From an uncultured virus (IMG/VR IMGVR_UViG_2049941000_000201) (lineage: Duplodnaviria > Heunggongvirae > Uroviricota > Caudoviricetes): DNA of 61,295 bases. Below the pieces are notes generated by a model. That model did not search any database. It worked only from the letters and a program-made list of their open reading frames with translations, and had not been told where the DNA came from. Positions 18,920-27,639 of the stretch are shown one piece after another. The translations under genes and the position numbers were made by a program. Location: the IMG/VR virus record IMGVR_UViG_2049941000_000201, one strand, 5' to 3'. The stretch's first letter is position 1. Each line of letters starts with the position of its first letter.

Positions 18920-19345
18920 ATGGTATGGGCGCGGGCGTTGGTATCAGTTTCCAACCAGCCGCCCGCGCCCTAACGATAGCGCTCTCGCGTTAGCCAACGC
19001 ACCGTCGCTCGGTGGTGCATTCCCGCCCGGTATTTCGGACCCGGTGTCGGCTTCCTATTTGTGGGCAAGCAACGTTCCCAAGGGGTTCACCATTTGGAGG
19101 CGTTGGGTCGATGCGTCGCACTCCAATCATTTCACCCGTAACTTTTGGCGGCTTGTTTACTTTCGGGGCAAGTATGAACCAGCCGTAAAAATATAGCCCT
19201 AATTTGTTCGCCGTACTAGGCAGCTCTTTTCCAAATGGTTCCTTGCTGGCAGCTAACCAACAAATTTTTCACTTTTGTACTAGGAGCCACTTTTCCGGCG
19301 CGGAGTTCCCTTGCAGTTAACAAGGCTCCAAAAACCTTTTTACAC
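18920..19345 (-). ncRNA. Candidate large structured non-coding RNA or leader
   Basis: No substantial ORF on the transcribed strand; own TGCTATAAT promoter (19349-57); tandem motif followed by a series of hairpins. Confidence 0.55.
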
Positions 19346-19376
19346 CATATTATAGCAAAGTGCGTGCAAGTGCTTT

Positions 19377-19595
19377 TTATACGCGCACCGCCATAAAAAG
19401 TTCACCAGGCTGGTCAACCCCGTACAGAAAGGCGCGTTGAAAATGCACCCCGTCCGGGGTTGTGCCAAATTCCCAAACGCGCCGATAAATGTATTTCGCG
19501 GTGCTAAACTTTGGGAAAAGTCCGGCTGCGCTGGCACGCTGGTAAAATGTTTCCTTGTCAACGATTTGCGGTCCTATAAAATAGCGCTTTTGCAT
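19377..19595 (-). CDS. Hypothetical protein
   Basis: AAGGA RBS before MQKRYF. Confidence 0.5.
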   Translation of the reverse strand: MQKRYFIGPQIVDKETFYQRASAAGLFPKFSTAKYIYRRVWEFGTTPDGVHFQRAFLYGVDQPGELFMAVRV

Positions 19596-19608
19596 TTTAT
19601 TTCCTTCA

Positions 19609-20214
19609 TTACCTTGTTTTCCAGGCGCCTTGCACGGGCAGCACAAGCCCGTGAAGGGTAATTGCCCGCCCCTTTTCGTCCACGCCAATGTCGGCCTGCT
19701 TTTTGGCGGCTTCGTAAAGCCCCAGGATTTCGCGCATGAACATTTCCGAGGTGAAGTTTGCCTGGCGCAGTTCGTGCAGGCTAAAAACGCGGCCTGCGGA
19801 AAATTCCAGGATGTGCCCGGTTTCCACTTCCGGCTCCCCTGCGTCCGCCACGCTTGCCTTGCACCGCAGGAAAACGCGGATGTTTACGCTGTCGCCATGG
19901 TAGAACCTATCCAGCCCGGCACCCTGCACCCGCAGGCGTTCTTCAATGCGTTCCAGTAGGCCGTCCAGGGCTTCCCGGTATTCAAAAACCCAGGCGCACC
20001 CGCCGCAACTTTTAAAGAACCCGGCGCGACGCGTTTTGCCGCAAATGGGGCAGGCCTTGAGTTTTGGTTGCTCGCGCTCTGCAAGCCCGTAGTCGCAAAA
20101 CCTTCCGCGATACATTTGCACCCGGACGTCTTTTGTTTTAATTTTTGCGCCATGCCAAACCGGGCTTTTGCAAAATTTGGCTTTGGCAATTTTCTTTTTA
20201 AGCCTTTTGTTCAT
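19609..20214 (-). CDS. Hypothetical protein with Zn-ribbon
   Basis: MNKRLKKKIAK start; LKACPICG...CGGC. Confidence 0.6.
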   Translation of the reverse strand: MNKRLKKKIAKAKFCKSPVWHGAKIKTKDVRVQMYRGRFCDYGLAEREQPKLKACPICGKTRRAGFFKSCGGCAWVFEYREALDGLLERIEERLRVQGAGLDRFYHGDSVNIRVFLRCKASVADAGEPEVETGHILEFSAGRVFSLHELRQANFTSEMFMREILGLYEAAKKQADIGVDEKGRAITLHGLVLPVQGAWKTR

Positions 20215-20611
20215 TGCCTGCTCCCTTGTTGTGAAATTCAATGCAAACAACGTGAATCGCAAGCGGCGACCCGTTTTCTTCCACCCTGGCAACGCGCTCC
20301 GTGGCGGTGGCCTTCCTAAACGCCAGCCCCATGGCTTGCAGCGCCTTGCCCACAAGTTCCACGGCGTTGGAAACCGGGCGCAGGGTTATTTCAAGCGAAT
20401 GCCGCNNNNNNNNNNNNNNNNNNNNNNNNNNNNNNNNNNNNNNNNNNNNNNNNNNNNNNNNNNNNNNNNNNNNNNNNNNNNNNNNNNNNNNNNNNNNNNN
20501 NNNNNNNNNNNNNNNNNNNNNNNNNNNNNNNNNNNNNNNNNNNNNNNNNNNNNNNNNNNNNNNNNNNNNNNNNNNTTGGTCCCAATCGCGTTTAATTCTT
20601 GGGTTGTACAT
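20198..20611 (-). CDS. Hypothetical protein interrupted by an N gap
   Basis: MYNPRIK start and ..HSLEITLR.. on either side of a ~170 N gap. Confidence 0.4.
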   Translation of the reverse strand: MYNPRIKRDWDQXXXXXXXXXXXXXXXXXXXXXXXXXXXXXXXXXXXXXXXXXXXXXXXXXXXXXXXXXRHSLEITLRPVSNAVELVGKALQAMGLAFRKATATERVARVEENGSPLAIHVVCIEFHNKGAGNEQKA

Positions 20612-20622
20612 TTGCCCGTCCC

Positions 20623-20907
20623 CTAGTTAAAGTATCCGGCTTCGGTAATGGCGTCCAGGCAAAGTTTCACCTGGTAGGCGAAATTATAGCCGGAAAGGTT
20701 TACTTCCTCGGCGCTGCCCGCCTTGAACAAAACGCTGCCGCCTTCGCTGCGGAAGGTAAAGTCTTCCGGGTTCCAGTGCGCCCGCACCACCATTTCGGCG
20801 ACGGTGCTTGCAACCGGGGTCACGGAAATAATATGGTTCGCGGAAACGCCTGCGGCAATTTGCTTGAAGGTGTTCGCGGTTTTTACAATGAGTTCTTCGG
20901 GTGTCAT
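20623..20907 (-). CDS. Hypothetical protein
   Basis: GGAGG RBS before MTPEEL. Confidence 0.6.
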   Translation of the reverse strand: MTPEELIVKTANTFKQIAAGVSANHIISVTPVASTVAEMVVRAHWNPEDFTFRSEGGSVLFKAGSAEEVNLSGYNFAYQVKLCLDAITEAGYFN

Positions 20908-20920
20908 TTTGTGCCTCCGT

Positions 20921-21076
20921 TTAGAAAAGATGCAGTTCTTGCTTAATGGCGTCCACCTTCGCCAAAACAATCATTTTCGCGTCGCCAGCAATGCCTGCTT
21001 CGGAAAACTGCGCCAGCACTTTTTCAAGTACCTGGCGCTGGTGGTTTAGTTCGTCTGTCCGGGTGTTCCTAACCAT
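20921..21076 (-). CDS. Small hypothetical protein (51 aa)
   Basis: MVRNTRTDELNHQRQVLEKVL...ELHLF; fills the gap; not in the ORF track. Confidence 0.5.
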   Translation of the reverse strand: MVRNTRTDELNHQRQVLEKVLAQFSEAGIAGDAKMIVLAKVDAIKQELHLF

Positions 21077-21087
21077 GCGCCCACCCC

Positions 21088-21334
21088 TTACTTGATTTTC
21101 TTCACCAGTACGGCGGCGTGCAGTTTCTTGATGTTCCAGCCGCCCTTTTCAATGGTGTAAATCCTGCACTTGCCGCCTTCACCGCTCACAACCCCGTTGA
21201 GCATGGGTGCGTAATGTGTTCCAAAGGTAAGTTCCACGTCGTCCCAGCAGGAAACCGCGCCAATGTGCTTCGCGCACTTCGGTGTAGTTTTTAACGAGCA
21301 TTTCTTCAATTTGCTTTAAAAGTTCCGGCTTCAT
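21088..21334 (-). pseudogene. Frameshifted early gene
   Basis: RBS-led MKPELLKQIEEMLVKNYTEV.. is in one frame; ..RIYTIEKGGWNIKKLHAAVLVKKIK is in another. Confidence 0.45.
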
Positions 21335-21340
21335 GGTGGG

Positions 21341-21439
21341 CTCCTTGCTAATTGTTAATTGCTTATGACCTTAATATAGCATTTATTTGCTAGATGTGCA
21401 AGTGATTTTTTAAATTTTTATGTAAAAATTTTGTTTACA
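21341..21439 (-). promoter_or_regulatory. Early promoter repeat, copy A
   Basis: AT-rich UP element, TTGCAC-17bp-TATATT, then leader GCAATTAACAATTAGCAAGGAG. Confidence 0.85.
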
Positions 21440-21440
21440 T

Positions 21441-22190
21441 TCATCGGCGGTGCCCAACCACCCAAAGCAAATCGCCCGGCTGCATGAACGGCACGCACTT
21501 GGCCTCGTAAATTGGGTCAAGTTCCACGCCGCAAAGGCTTGTTTCCGCCGGGGCGTCATGGTAGTCCAGCGGGCTGGCAACCAGTTCAAAATCAACCTTG
21601 CAGCCCAGGAAGGGCTGGTAAAACTTTTCAAGGTTCTTGAGCGAGCGCCTTCCAACCTGGACGCCAAGGACGCGCACGTCGTAGCGCCGGAAAAGCGTGA
21701 GCCCGTTAAGCACGCAGGCCATGGACATTCCGCTGCCAAACGGCACGACAACGCGCCGGACGCCCTGGGGAACGTTTTGCGCCTGCTGCATGGTTGTCTT
21801 GACGTTTTCGGCGCATTCCATTCCGAAAGGAACGTAAAAGAGCCCGTTCTCCTTCGCGTATTCCCTGGCGTGCGCCGCGATGACGTTATTGTAGCCAACC
21901 CTTTGAACCACCACCTGGGAAAACGTGTTTTGCGAAATGGTTTTTAGGACGCTTGTTTCCCTGCCCCGTGGCATGAACAAGAAGCACGGCACGCGCAGGG
22001 CTTCGCAAATGCAGGAAACAATTTCGCACTGCGGGCTTTCCCTTGCGCCTGCGGTTGCAATGCCCTTGAAGCCCTGCGCAAGCGCCTGGGAAATAAGTTG
22101 GAAGGCGGCTCGTGCCTTCCCCCCCCTGGCGCCGTAAACTTCAAAAAGGTCGCCGCGCCGTTCAACCGGGGTCAGTTCTTCAACGTTCAT
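21441..22190 (-). CDS. PLP-dependent enzyme, ACC deaminase/D-cysteine desulfhydrase-like (fold type II)
   Basis: LTPVE, GGKAR, VVVPFGSGMS, VLGVQVG and LDPIYEAK motifs. Confidence 0.75.
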   Translation of the reverse strand: MNVEELTPVERRGDLFEVYGARGGKARAAFQLISQALAQGFKGIATAGARESPQCEIVSCICEALRVPCFLFMPRGRETSVLKTISQNTFSQVVVQRVGYNNVIAAHAREYAKENGLFYVPFGMECAENVKTTMQQAQNVPQGVRRVVVPFGSGMSMACVLNGLTLFRRYDVRVLGVQVGRRSLKNLEKFYQPFLGCKVDFELVASPLDYHDAPAETSLCGVELDPIYEAKCVPFMQPGDLLWVVGHRR

Positions 22191-22199
22191 TTTTGCCGC

Positions 22200-23537
22200 C
22201 TAGTCAAAGTTATCAAAAACCTTTTCAAAGCCCACGGCGTCTTCCGCCTCGGCTTCCGCCGCTTCCCACTTTTCAATCACCATTTCGCGCAGGCGCCTGC
22301 GGGCTTCGGGGTCGGAACCGCAAAGGGCGCGGAGTTCGTCGCGGGTCATTTTGCGCCCGAACTTTGCCCCGTATTCTTCCGGGCACGCCGGGGCTTCCAC
22401 AACGCTTCCATCTTCGGCCTTAATGCCAAGCGCCGCCCACTGGTAAACGACGTCCAGGTTCACGGCGCGGCGCCCGATTACCTTGTAGGCAAACTCCTTG
22501 TATTCCGCCATCTTCCCGGTGTCGTTCAACCAGGAGGTCACGGCCTTCAAATCCGGCATGGCGCCGCCCCAACTTACTTCATCGCTCACAAGGTTGCCAT
22601 CCTTGTCGCGCAGGTTGTAAAGGAAGTCAATATTTGAGCCAACGTTGTCAATTCCACGGGTGAAATAAACCACGTAGTAAACCTCGCGCCCCGGCCTTTC
22701 GGTTCGCGCCTTATTCTTTGTGCGTGCCCGCACCACGCTGCCAATCCACTTCCCGCCAACTTCAATTTTTCTAATTAGCGCAAGGTCCAGGATGGTGTGG
22801 CAATAGTATTTCAAGGAATAGCCGCCCGTGACCGTCTTCTGCCCAGGTATGGGCGAGCCAATTTTGGCGCGGTACTGGCTGGTCAAAATAAGGAGGCAGT
22901 TTTTGCGTTCCAGTTCGTCAACGTGGTCGGCAAAGAACGCGGAAAGGGATTTTTGCTTGCCCATGTTGTAGGAGCCCTTGTTCACCACTTCCTTTCCCTG
23001 CACCAGTTTGGAAAGGCGTTCCTGCATGGCTTCTTCCGCCCCGGCGTCCTTAACGCTGTCCAGGCTGTCCTGGGCGTAAATGGCATATTCGTCGTCCTTA
23101 AGGCCGGAAAGGAAAAGGGAAACGTGCGCGTCCATTTCCTGGACGGTGGTGGAGTGGTGGAAGGTAATGGTTGCGGGCTTAAGCGTTCCGCGCTCGCCCT
23201 TTACAAAGCCGGAAAGCGGCTTGCCTTCGCTGCTAATTTCAAAGCCGTACAATTTCGGGCAGTCAAACTTGTTCCCGTTTTCGCCGTCGCTATTAAGCCA
23301 GCGGAACTTCTTGGGGTTGCGGTAATGGTTGGCGGCAATCATTTCGTTAATTACAAAGGATTTGCCCGCGCCGCTGTCGCCCCAAACCCCCAAAATGGTT
23401 CCGGCTTCCAGGCCGTACGTCTTGGCCTTGCCGCCAAGCAAAATATCAAGCAGGTCGCAGCCCGTGCGGATGCGCGGGTGTTCCTGCGCGGCTTCCGGTT
23501 TCTTTGTAAGTGCGGCTTCCAGTTTCTTGTCCTTCAT
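22200..23537 (-). CDS. recA: RecA/UvsX-like recombinase
   Basis: TGCDLLDILLGG, GDSGAGKS, QDSLDS, SQYR and TGGYSLKYY motifs. Confidence 0.9.
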   Translation of the reverse strand: MKDKKLEAALTKKPEAAQEHPRIRTGCDLLDILLGGKAKTYGLEAGTILGVWGDSGAGKSFVINEMIAANHYRNPKKFRWLNSDGENGNKFDCPKLYGFEISSEGKPLSGFVKGERGTLKPATITFHHSTTVQEMDAHVSLFLSGLKDDEYAIYAQDSLDSVKDAGAEEAMQERLSKLVQGKEVVNKGSYNMGKQKSLSAFFADHVDELERKNCLLILTSQYRAKIGSPIPGQKTVTGGYSLKYYCHTILDLALIRKIEVGGKWIGSVVRARTKNKARTERPGREVYYVVYFTRGIDNVGSNIDFLYNLRDKDGNLVSDEVSWGGAMPDLKAVTSWLNDTGKMAEYKEFAYKVIGRRAVNLDVVYQWAALGIKAEDGSVVEAPACPEEYGAKFGRKMTRDELRALCGSDPEARRRLREMVIEKWEAAEAEAEDAVGFEKVFDNFD

Positions 23538-23653
23538 TTTAAAACTCCGTTATGCGTTAAAAGGGGCGCCCGTTTGTTTNNNNNNNNNNNNNNNNNNNNN
23601 NNNNNNNNNNNNNNNNNNNNNNNNNNNNNNNNNNNTGGCTTTAAATTGTACCT

Positions 23654-24871
23654 TTAGCGGCTTGCCCTTTCGCACTGGGCATATTGTGCGCAGTTGCAGC
23701 ACTTGCGGCTTGTGGAAAAGTCCCTGCCGAACTGCAACCCGGCGTGGCAACCGCCTTGAGCCGGGGCGGCTGCGGGCTGCGGCTGCTCGCTGGGGAACGT
23801 GCGCTGCGGTTGCTGCGAATACGGGTCGCGGGCAAAGTCTTCTTCCGTGAGCGGACCGCCCGGAGCGGCGGGGCTGCTGCGGAAGCCCGTGGGAGCCTGC
23901 TGCGGCTGCGGTGTCGGAGGCGGCGCGGCCTGGAAGCCAGCGGGCTGCGGCTGGGCGTAGTGCGTGGCGGGCTGCGCGGCCTGGCGGAAGCCGCCCTGCT
24001 GCCCCTGCAAGGATTGTTCGCAGGCGCGTTCAAATTCTTCCTGCCTTTGCTCCTCGGTGTATGCCTGCGCGGGCGCCTGGGTGGCAGCGGGTGCGCCGGA
24101 GTTGTACGGGTCGGGCTCGCCGCCGTTCATGACGCGCTCCATTTCTTCGTAGGTGCCAAAGTTCAAAACTTCATTCCAGGGCACGCAGCGGTCGTAAAGT
24201 TCGTCCGCCGGGAGTTCCCTGCGCGGGAAAAAGTTCACGGCGCTGGCGGAATAGTATTCGTGCCCGCCGAAGGTGTCCTTTGCGGTGTTCACCTTCACAA
24301 TTCGCCCGTCCTCGTTGGGGCTTGCAAAAGGAATCGGCAGGTTGCCTTCGCTCATTGCGGTGGCCTGCGCCATCAAGCGCTGGGGGAACGCGGCTTCGCC
24401 CTTCTGCTTGGCGGCGCATTCATGCAGCAAAATGTCGCTGGTGTTTTCCGGGTTCATGTAGTAAAGGACGCGGTCCTTGGGAATGAACGGCTTGATGCGG
24501 TCCCAGTTTTCGCCGCCCTTGCTGCCGTCGTCCAGTTGTTCCTTGCGTTCGCAGCACGGGCACGGCTTGCCGATAATCTTGAGGCAAGGGTACTGGTGCG
24601 GGTGCTTGGGGTCTGCCAGGTTGGGCAATTCGTGAACGGGAACCGCCTTGTAAAACTTGTATCCGGTATCGTCCGGGTCGGTTGCGTTGTTTTTTGCCAG
24701 GAGGATGTTGAAGCGCTCTTCCTTTTCGGTCCACTTGTGCCCCTTAATGCCACGGGGAAGGTGGAAGTAGGAACGCGAGCGGTTGTTGCTTTCGCTGGCT
24801 TCGCCACGGCTAACGGCTGCGGCGTGGGAGAACTGGTTGCCGAGGTTTACCCCGGAGCGGTTAAATGCCAT
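23654..24871 (-). CDS. Single-stranded DNA-binding protein (gp32-like) with Q/P/A-rich tail
   Basis: H...YPCLK..GKPCPCCE Zn site; low-complexity C-terminus; between UvsY-like and RecA genes. Confidence 0.7.
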   Translation of the reverse strand: MAFNRSGVNLGNQFSHAAAVSRGEASESNNRSRSYFHLPRGIKGHKWTEKEERFNILLAKNNATDPDDTGYKFYKAVPVHELPNLADPKHPHQYPCLKIIGKPCPCCERKEQLDDGSKGGENWDRIKPFIPKDRVLYYMNPENTSDILLHECAAKQKGEAAFPQRLMAQATAMSEGNLPIPFASPNEDGRIVKVNTAKDTFGGHEYYSASAVNFFPRRELPADELYDRCVPWNEVLNFGTYEEMERVMNGGEPDPYNSGAPAATQAPAQAYTEEQRQEEFERACEQSLQGQQGGFRQAAQPATHYAQPQPAGFQAAPPPTPQPQQAPTGFRSSPAAPGGPLTEEDFARDPYSQQPQRTFPSEQPQPAAAPAQGGCHAGLQFGRDFSTSRKCCNCAQYAQCERASR

Positions 24872-24978
24872 AGTAGGCTCCTTTTGTTGGTCTAGTCTAG
24901 GATTTGGTTTAGGTCTAGGTTAAAGTAAAAAGCACACCGGAACTTCCGGCGTGCTATATTATAGCAAAACGTGCGCAA

Positions 24979-25452
24979 CTACTTTTTCATGCTTTCCTGG
25001 GTGGCGCGTTCAACGGCTTCCGTTTGGGTTTCCAGTTTGGTGTCCGGTGCGCAGTCGCCCGAAATCATTGTGAACTTGGAAAGCACCAGGGCGCGTTCGT
25101 TTTCAATGCTGTCGCGCTTGTGGCGCATGGCTTCAACGGCGCTTTTAAGTTGCCCCAGGTATTCTTCCGCGTCCAAAATTTGCGCCTTAATTGCACGCAG
25201 TTCCGGGTCGGTTTCAATTTGGCAGTCCACTTCGTCCTGCACCATTTTGATTTTTGCGGCTGCGGCGTTTGCGCGAATTTCAATCTTGCGCTGCGCGGTC
25301 TTGTAGGAAAGTTCGTTCTTAAGCCTTGCAACCACGCTTTCCTGGCGTGCGGCTTCCCCGGCATAGTGCTCAAAAAGGCTGGCCTGGGTAAGCACCGCGT
25401 CTTCCAGGTGCGTGCGGCTTAACTGGAAATGTTCCGCTTTAACTTCAATCAT
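24979..25452 (-). CDS. UvsY-like recombination mediator
   Basis: Helical; L....Q..LF..Y..., IETDPEL and AVEAMRHKRDSI pattern; adjacent to SSB and RecA. Confidence 0.6.
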   Translation of the reverse strand: MIEVKAEHFQLSRTHLEDAVLTQASLFEHYAGEAARQESVVARLKNELSYKTAQRKIEIRANAAAAKIKMVQDEVDCQIETDPELRAIKAQILDAEEYLGQLKSAVEAMRHKRDSIENERALVLSKFTMISGDCAPDTKLETQTEAVERATQESMKK

Positions 25453-25462
25453 GGGGAACCCC

Positions 25463-25738
25463 CTATTCGTCCAGCGCGGCCTTGATGCGGATGTTGAGGT
25501 GGAACTTGTAGTTGCACATTGCCTCCAACTGCTCGGCAATCGTTTTCTTGTCCGCAGCGTTGGGCGTTGCCTTGTATTCCTGCTCGGCTTCGGCAATGCG
25601 GTCGCAAAGGAAGTCGCGCTCCTTTGCAAGTTTGACCACGCGCTCGCCGTTGGTGGGTGCGGACTTCAACGAATCAAAAAATTCGGCGATGGACTTTGGG
25701 GCGTCCGGGTTCTTTTTTGTGGTTTTCTTTGTTGCCAT
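25463..25738 (-). CDS. Hypothetical protein
   Basis: AAGGA RBS before MATKKTTKK. Confidence 0.65.
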   Translation of the reverse strand: MATKKTTKKNPDAPKSIAEFFDSLKSAPTNGERVVKLAKERDFLCDRIAEAEQEYKATPNAADKKTIAEQLEAMCNYKFHLNIRIKAALDE

Positions 25739-25908
25739 GTTGTTTTTCCTTTTTGGTTTATTGTGAATTTTCGTTTTTGGGCTTACGCGGCTTGTACGGT
25801 CCGCGCTTTTTGTGTCTGCGGTAGTATGTGCGCTCCTCGTGGCTTGGGTGTATATGCCGAACGGAAACCGGGGCGCCCTTTAGCGCTTCAAGCATTTGGC
25901 GCACTGGT

Positions 25909-26274
25909 TCAAGCGGTTGCGACCTTTTCACCAAACGCCTCCAGCAACCTGGCTTCCGCGAAGTGAACCGCGCCGGGCAGGTGCAGGCTTGCAACCATGC
26001 GGCAAAGTTCGGGGGAAAGCCTGGTTTTAAGTCCGGGCTGCTCCAGGTACCGCTTCAAGTACCTTTCCAGGCGGTCAATGTACTCTTCGTCCACCAGGGG
26101 CAGGAAGCCGCGTTGCTTGTATGCCTTAATGGTTTCGCAAAGGAGCCGCTTGTATGCCGGGCGGTCTTCTTCCTTGCCTTCGCCCGCCGCGTACCTAAAA
26201 AGCAGCGCCTGGGCGTGCGGCATAAGCGATTCCAAAAGGAAGGCGTCAAGGGTGTACGGCTTCTCGGTTTTCAC
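25909..26274 (-). CDS. Hypothetical protein
   Basis: GTG start overlaps the upstream stop; 121 aa. Confidence 0.55.
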   Translation of the reverse strand: MKTEKPYTLDAFLLESLMPHAQALLFRYAAGEGKEEDRPAYKRLLCETIKAYKQRGFLPLVDEEYIDRLERYLKRYLEQPGLKTRLSPELCRMVASLHLPGAVHFAEARLLEAFGEKVATA

Positions 26275-26501
26275 GGCACCACCCCGGCGCTAATGCCAAA
26301 TTCCGAAACCAGGATTTCGGAAATCCGTTCCTTAAGCCTATCAACTTCCCCGGCGCTTGGCTTGTGCCCGGTGTAGTTTTCCAGGAGGCGTTCGGCAGCA
26401 TCTTCCGCGTCCAGCGGCGCGGTGTCGCAGTCGGGAGCGGTGTCGCAGTCGGGATAAAATACGTGTCCACACGCGGGGCACTCAATTTCTTCGTCGGGCA
26501 T
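26271..26501 (-). CDS. Small acidic Zn-ribbon protein
   Basis: IECPACGHVF, duplicated PDCDTA; AAGGAG RBS. Confidence 0.6.
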   Translation of the reverse strand: MPDEEIECPACGHVFYPDCDTAPDCDTAPLDAEDAAERLLENYTGHKPSAGEVDRLKERISEILVSEFGISAGVVP

Positions 26502-26611
26502 TTTTCAACTCCTTGTAAATAGTAGCCCGCCGGGGTTGTGTTATGGCGTTAGTTTGTGTGTCAAACTAGCATGAAGAACCCGGCGGGCTGGTTTATTATA
26601 GCAAAGTGCGT

Positions 26612-26884
26612 TTAATCGCAAAGCGCCATCATGCGCAGGGCAACGGCGGCAACCTGGGCGAGTTCCTGCTTGCAGTGCTTCTTATCGCCTTCCAGCCACG
26701 CCGTGCGTGCTTCCGCAAGTTCTTCCAGCAGAATGCGGTCGGCAAAGAACGGGGCTTCCTCGTTCTTGCGCTTAAGAACGCGCTCGTCATACCTTGCATG
26801 AATTAGTGTTTGCTGCGTAAACTTGTCGCAGAACTTTGGGTGCTTTTCAAACGCCAGGCGCAATTCGTCCAGCACCATTTCCAC
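26612..26884 (-). CDS. MazG-like helical protein (N-terminus in N gap)
   Basis: ILLEELAEA...QELAQVAAVALRM. Confidence 0.5.
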   Translation of the reverse strand: MEMVLDELRLAFEKHPKFCDKFTQQTLIHARYDERVLKRKNEEAPFFADRILLEELAEARTAWLEGDKKHCKQELAQVAAVALRMMALCD

Positions 26885-26996
26885 NNNNNNNNNNNNNNNN
26901 NNNNNNNNNNNNNNNNNNNNNNNNNNNNNNNNNNNNNNNNNNNTAAAAATTCGTTCTTTACAAAAATTTCCGGCATTCCGTTTCCCTCCGCTTGGT

Positions 26997-27326
26997 TCAT
27001 TCGTTTAACTTTTTGAATGCGCATTTCGCGCAGTATGCCCTTCGCGATACCATGAACTGGTCCGGGAAAAATACCGGGCTTGTGGTTTTGCCGCCGCACT
27101 GCGTGCAGGTGTAGAGCAAATCCTTAATTTTATGCGTTGGGGCTGGGCTTTCAATTTTCACACTTGTCATGGACGAAACGTGTTCAACGCAGTAGTCAAA
27201 GCCGTCCTGCAAGCCCAAAAGGTAGGCCTTAATATATCCAAGTTTTTGCTCGGCGTTTTCCCAACCTTCCTTTTTGTCAATAACTTCCACCAACTTGGCG
27301 GCAAGTTCCTTCACCTTGTTTTCCAT
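26997..27326 (-). CDS. Hypothetical protein with CxxC pairs
   Basis: CTQCG...YCAKC. Confidence 0.55.
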   Translation of the reverse strand: MENKVKELAAKLVEVIDKKEGWENAEQKLGYIKAYLLGLQDGFDYCVEHVSSMTSVKIESPAPTHKIKDLLYTCTQCGGKTTSPVFFPDQFMVSRRAYCAKCAFKKLNE

Positions 27327-27327
27327 T

Positions 27328-27486
27328 TTAGCACCCCTTTATTAGTTTATACAAAAACAGACAAATGGAACCGACCCAAACAACAAAGGCGCAAAAGCCC
27401 ATTATTGAAAAGGCTATTGCAATAAACCAAAGCCAGGCGTCTTCCAGCGCCCCGGCCTTCATTTTTAACTTGTGCAAAATTCCCAT
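27328..27486 (-). CDS. Small membrane protein (52 aa)
   Basis: MGILHKLKMKAGALEDAWLWFIAIAFSIMGFCAFVVWVGSICLFLYKLIKGC; AAGGA RBS. Confidence 0.55.
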   Translation of the reverse strand: MGILHKLKMKAGALEDAWLWFIAIAFSIMGFCAFVVWVGSICLFLYKLIKGC

Positions 27487-27639
27487 TTTTGGCTTCCTTT
27501 GAATTGCAGGGTTCTTTTTCGCGTCGCGGCCTGCACGGCGCGAAGAGGAAACCTGCCCCTACTTTTTGGGCGGCTTCTTGGTGCTGGGTGTTTTTGTTCC
27601 GCAGGCCATGTCTTGCTCCTTTGTTTGTGGTTTAACGTG

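Noticed and set aside
19185..19202. Group I intron S-like AAAATATAGCCC on the plus strand
   Set aside because: No matching P/Q/R elements or interrupted gene, and it is opposite to the promoter-defined strand.
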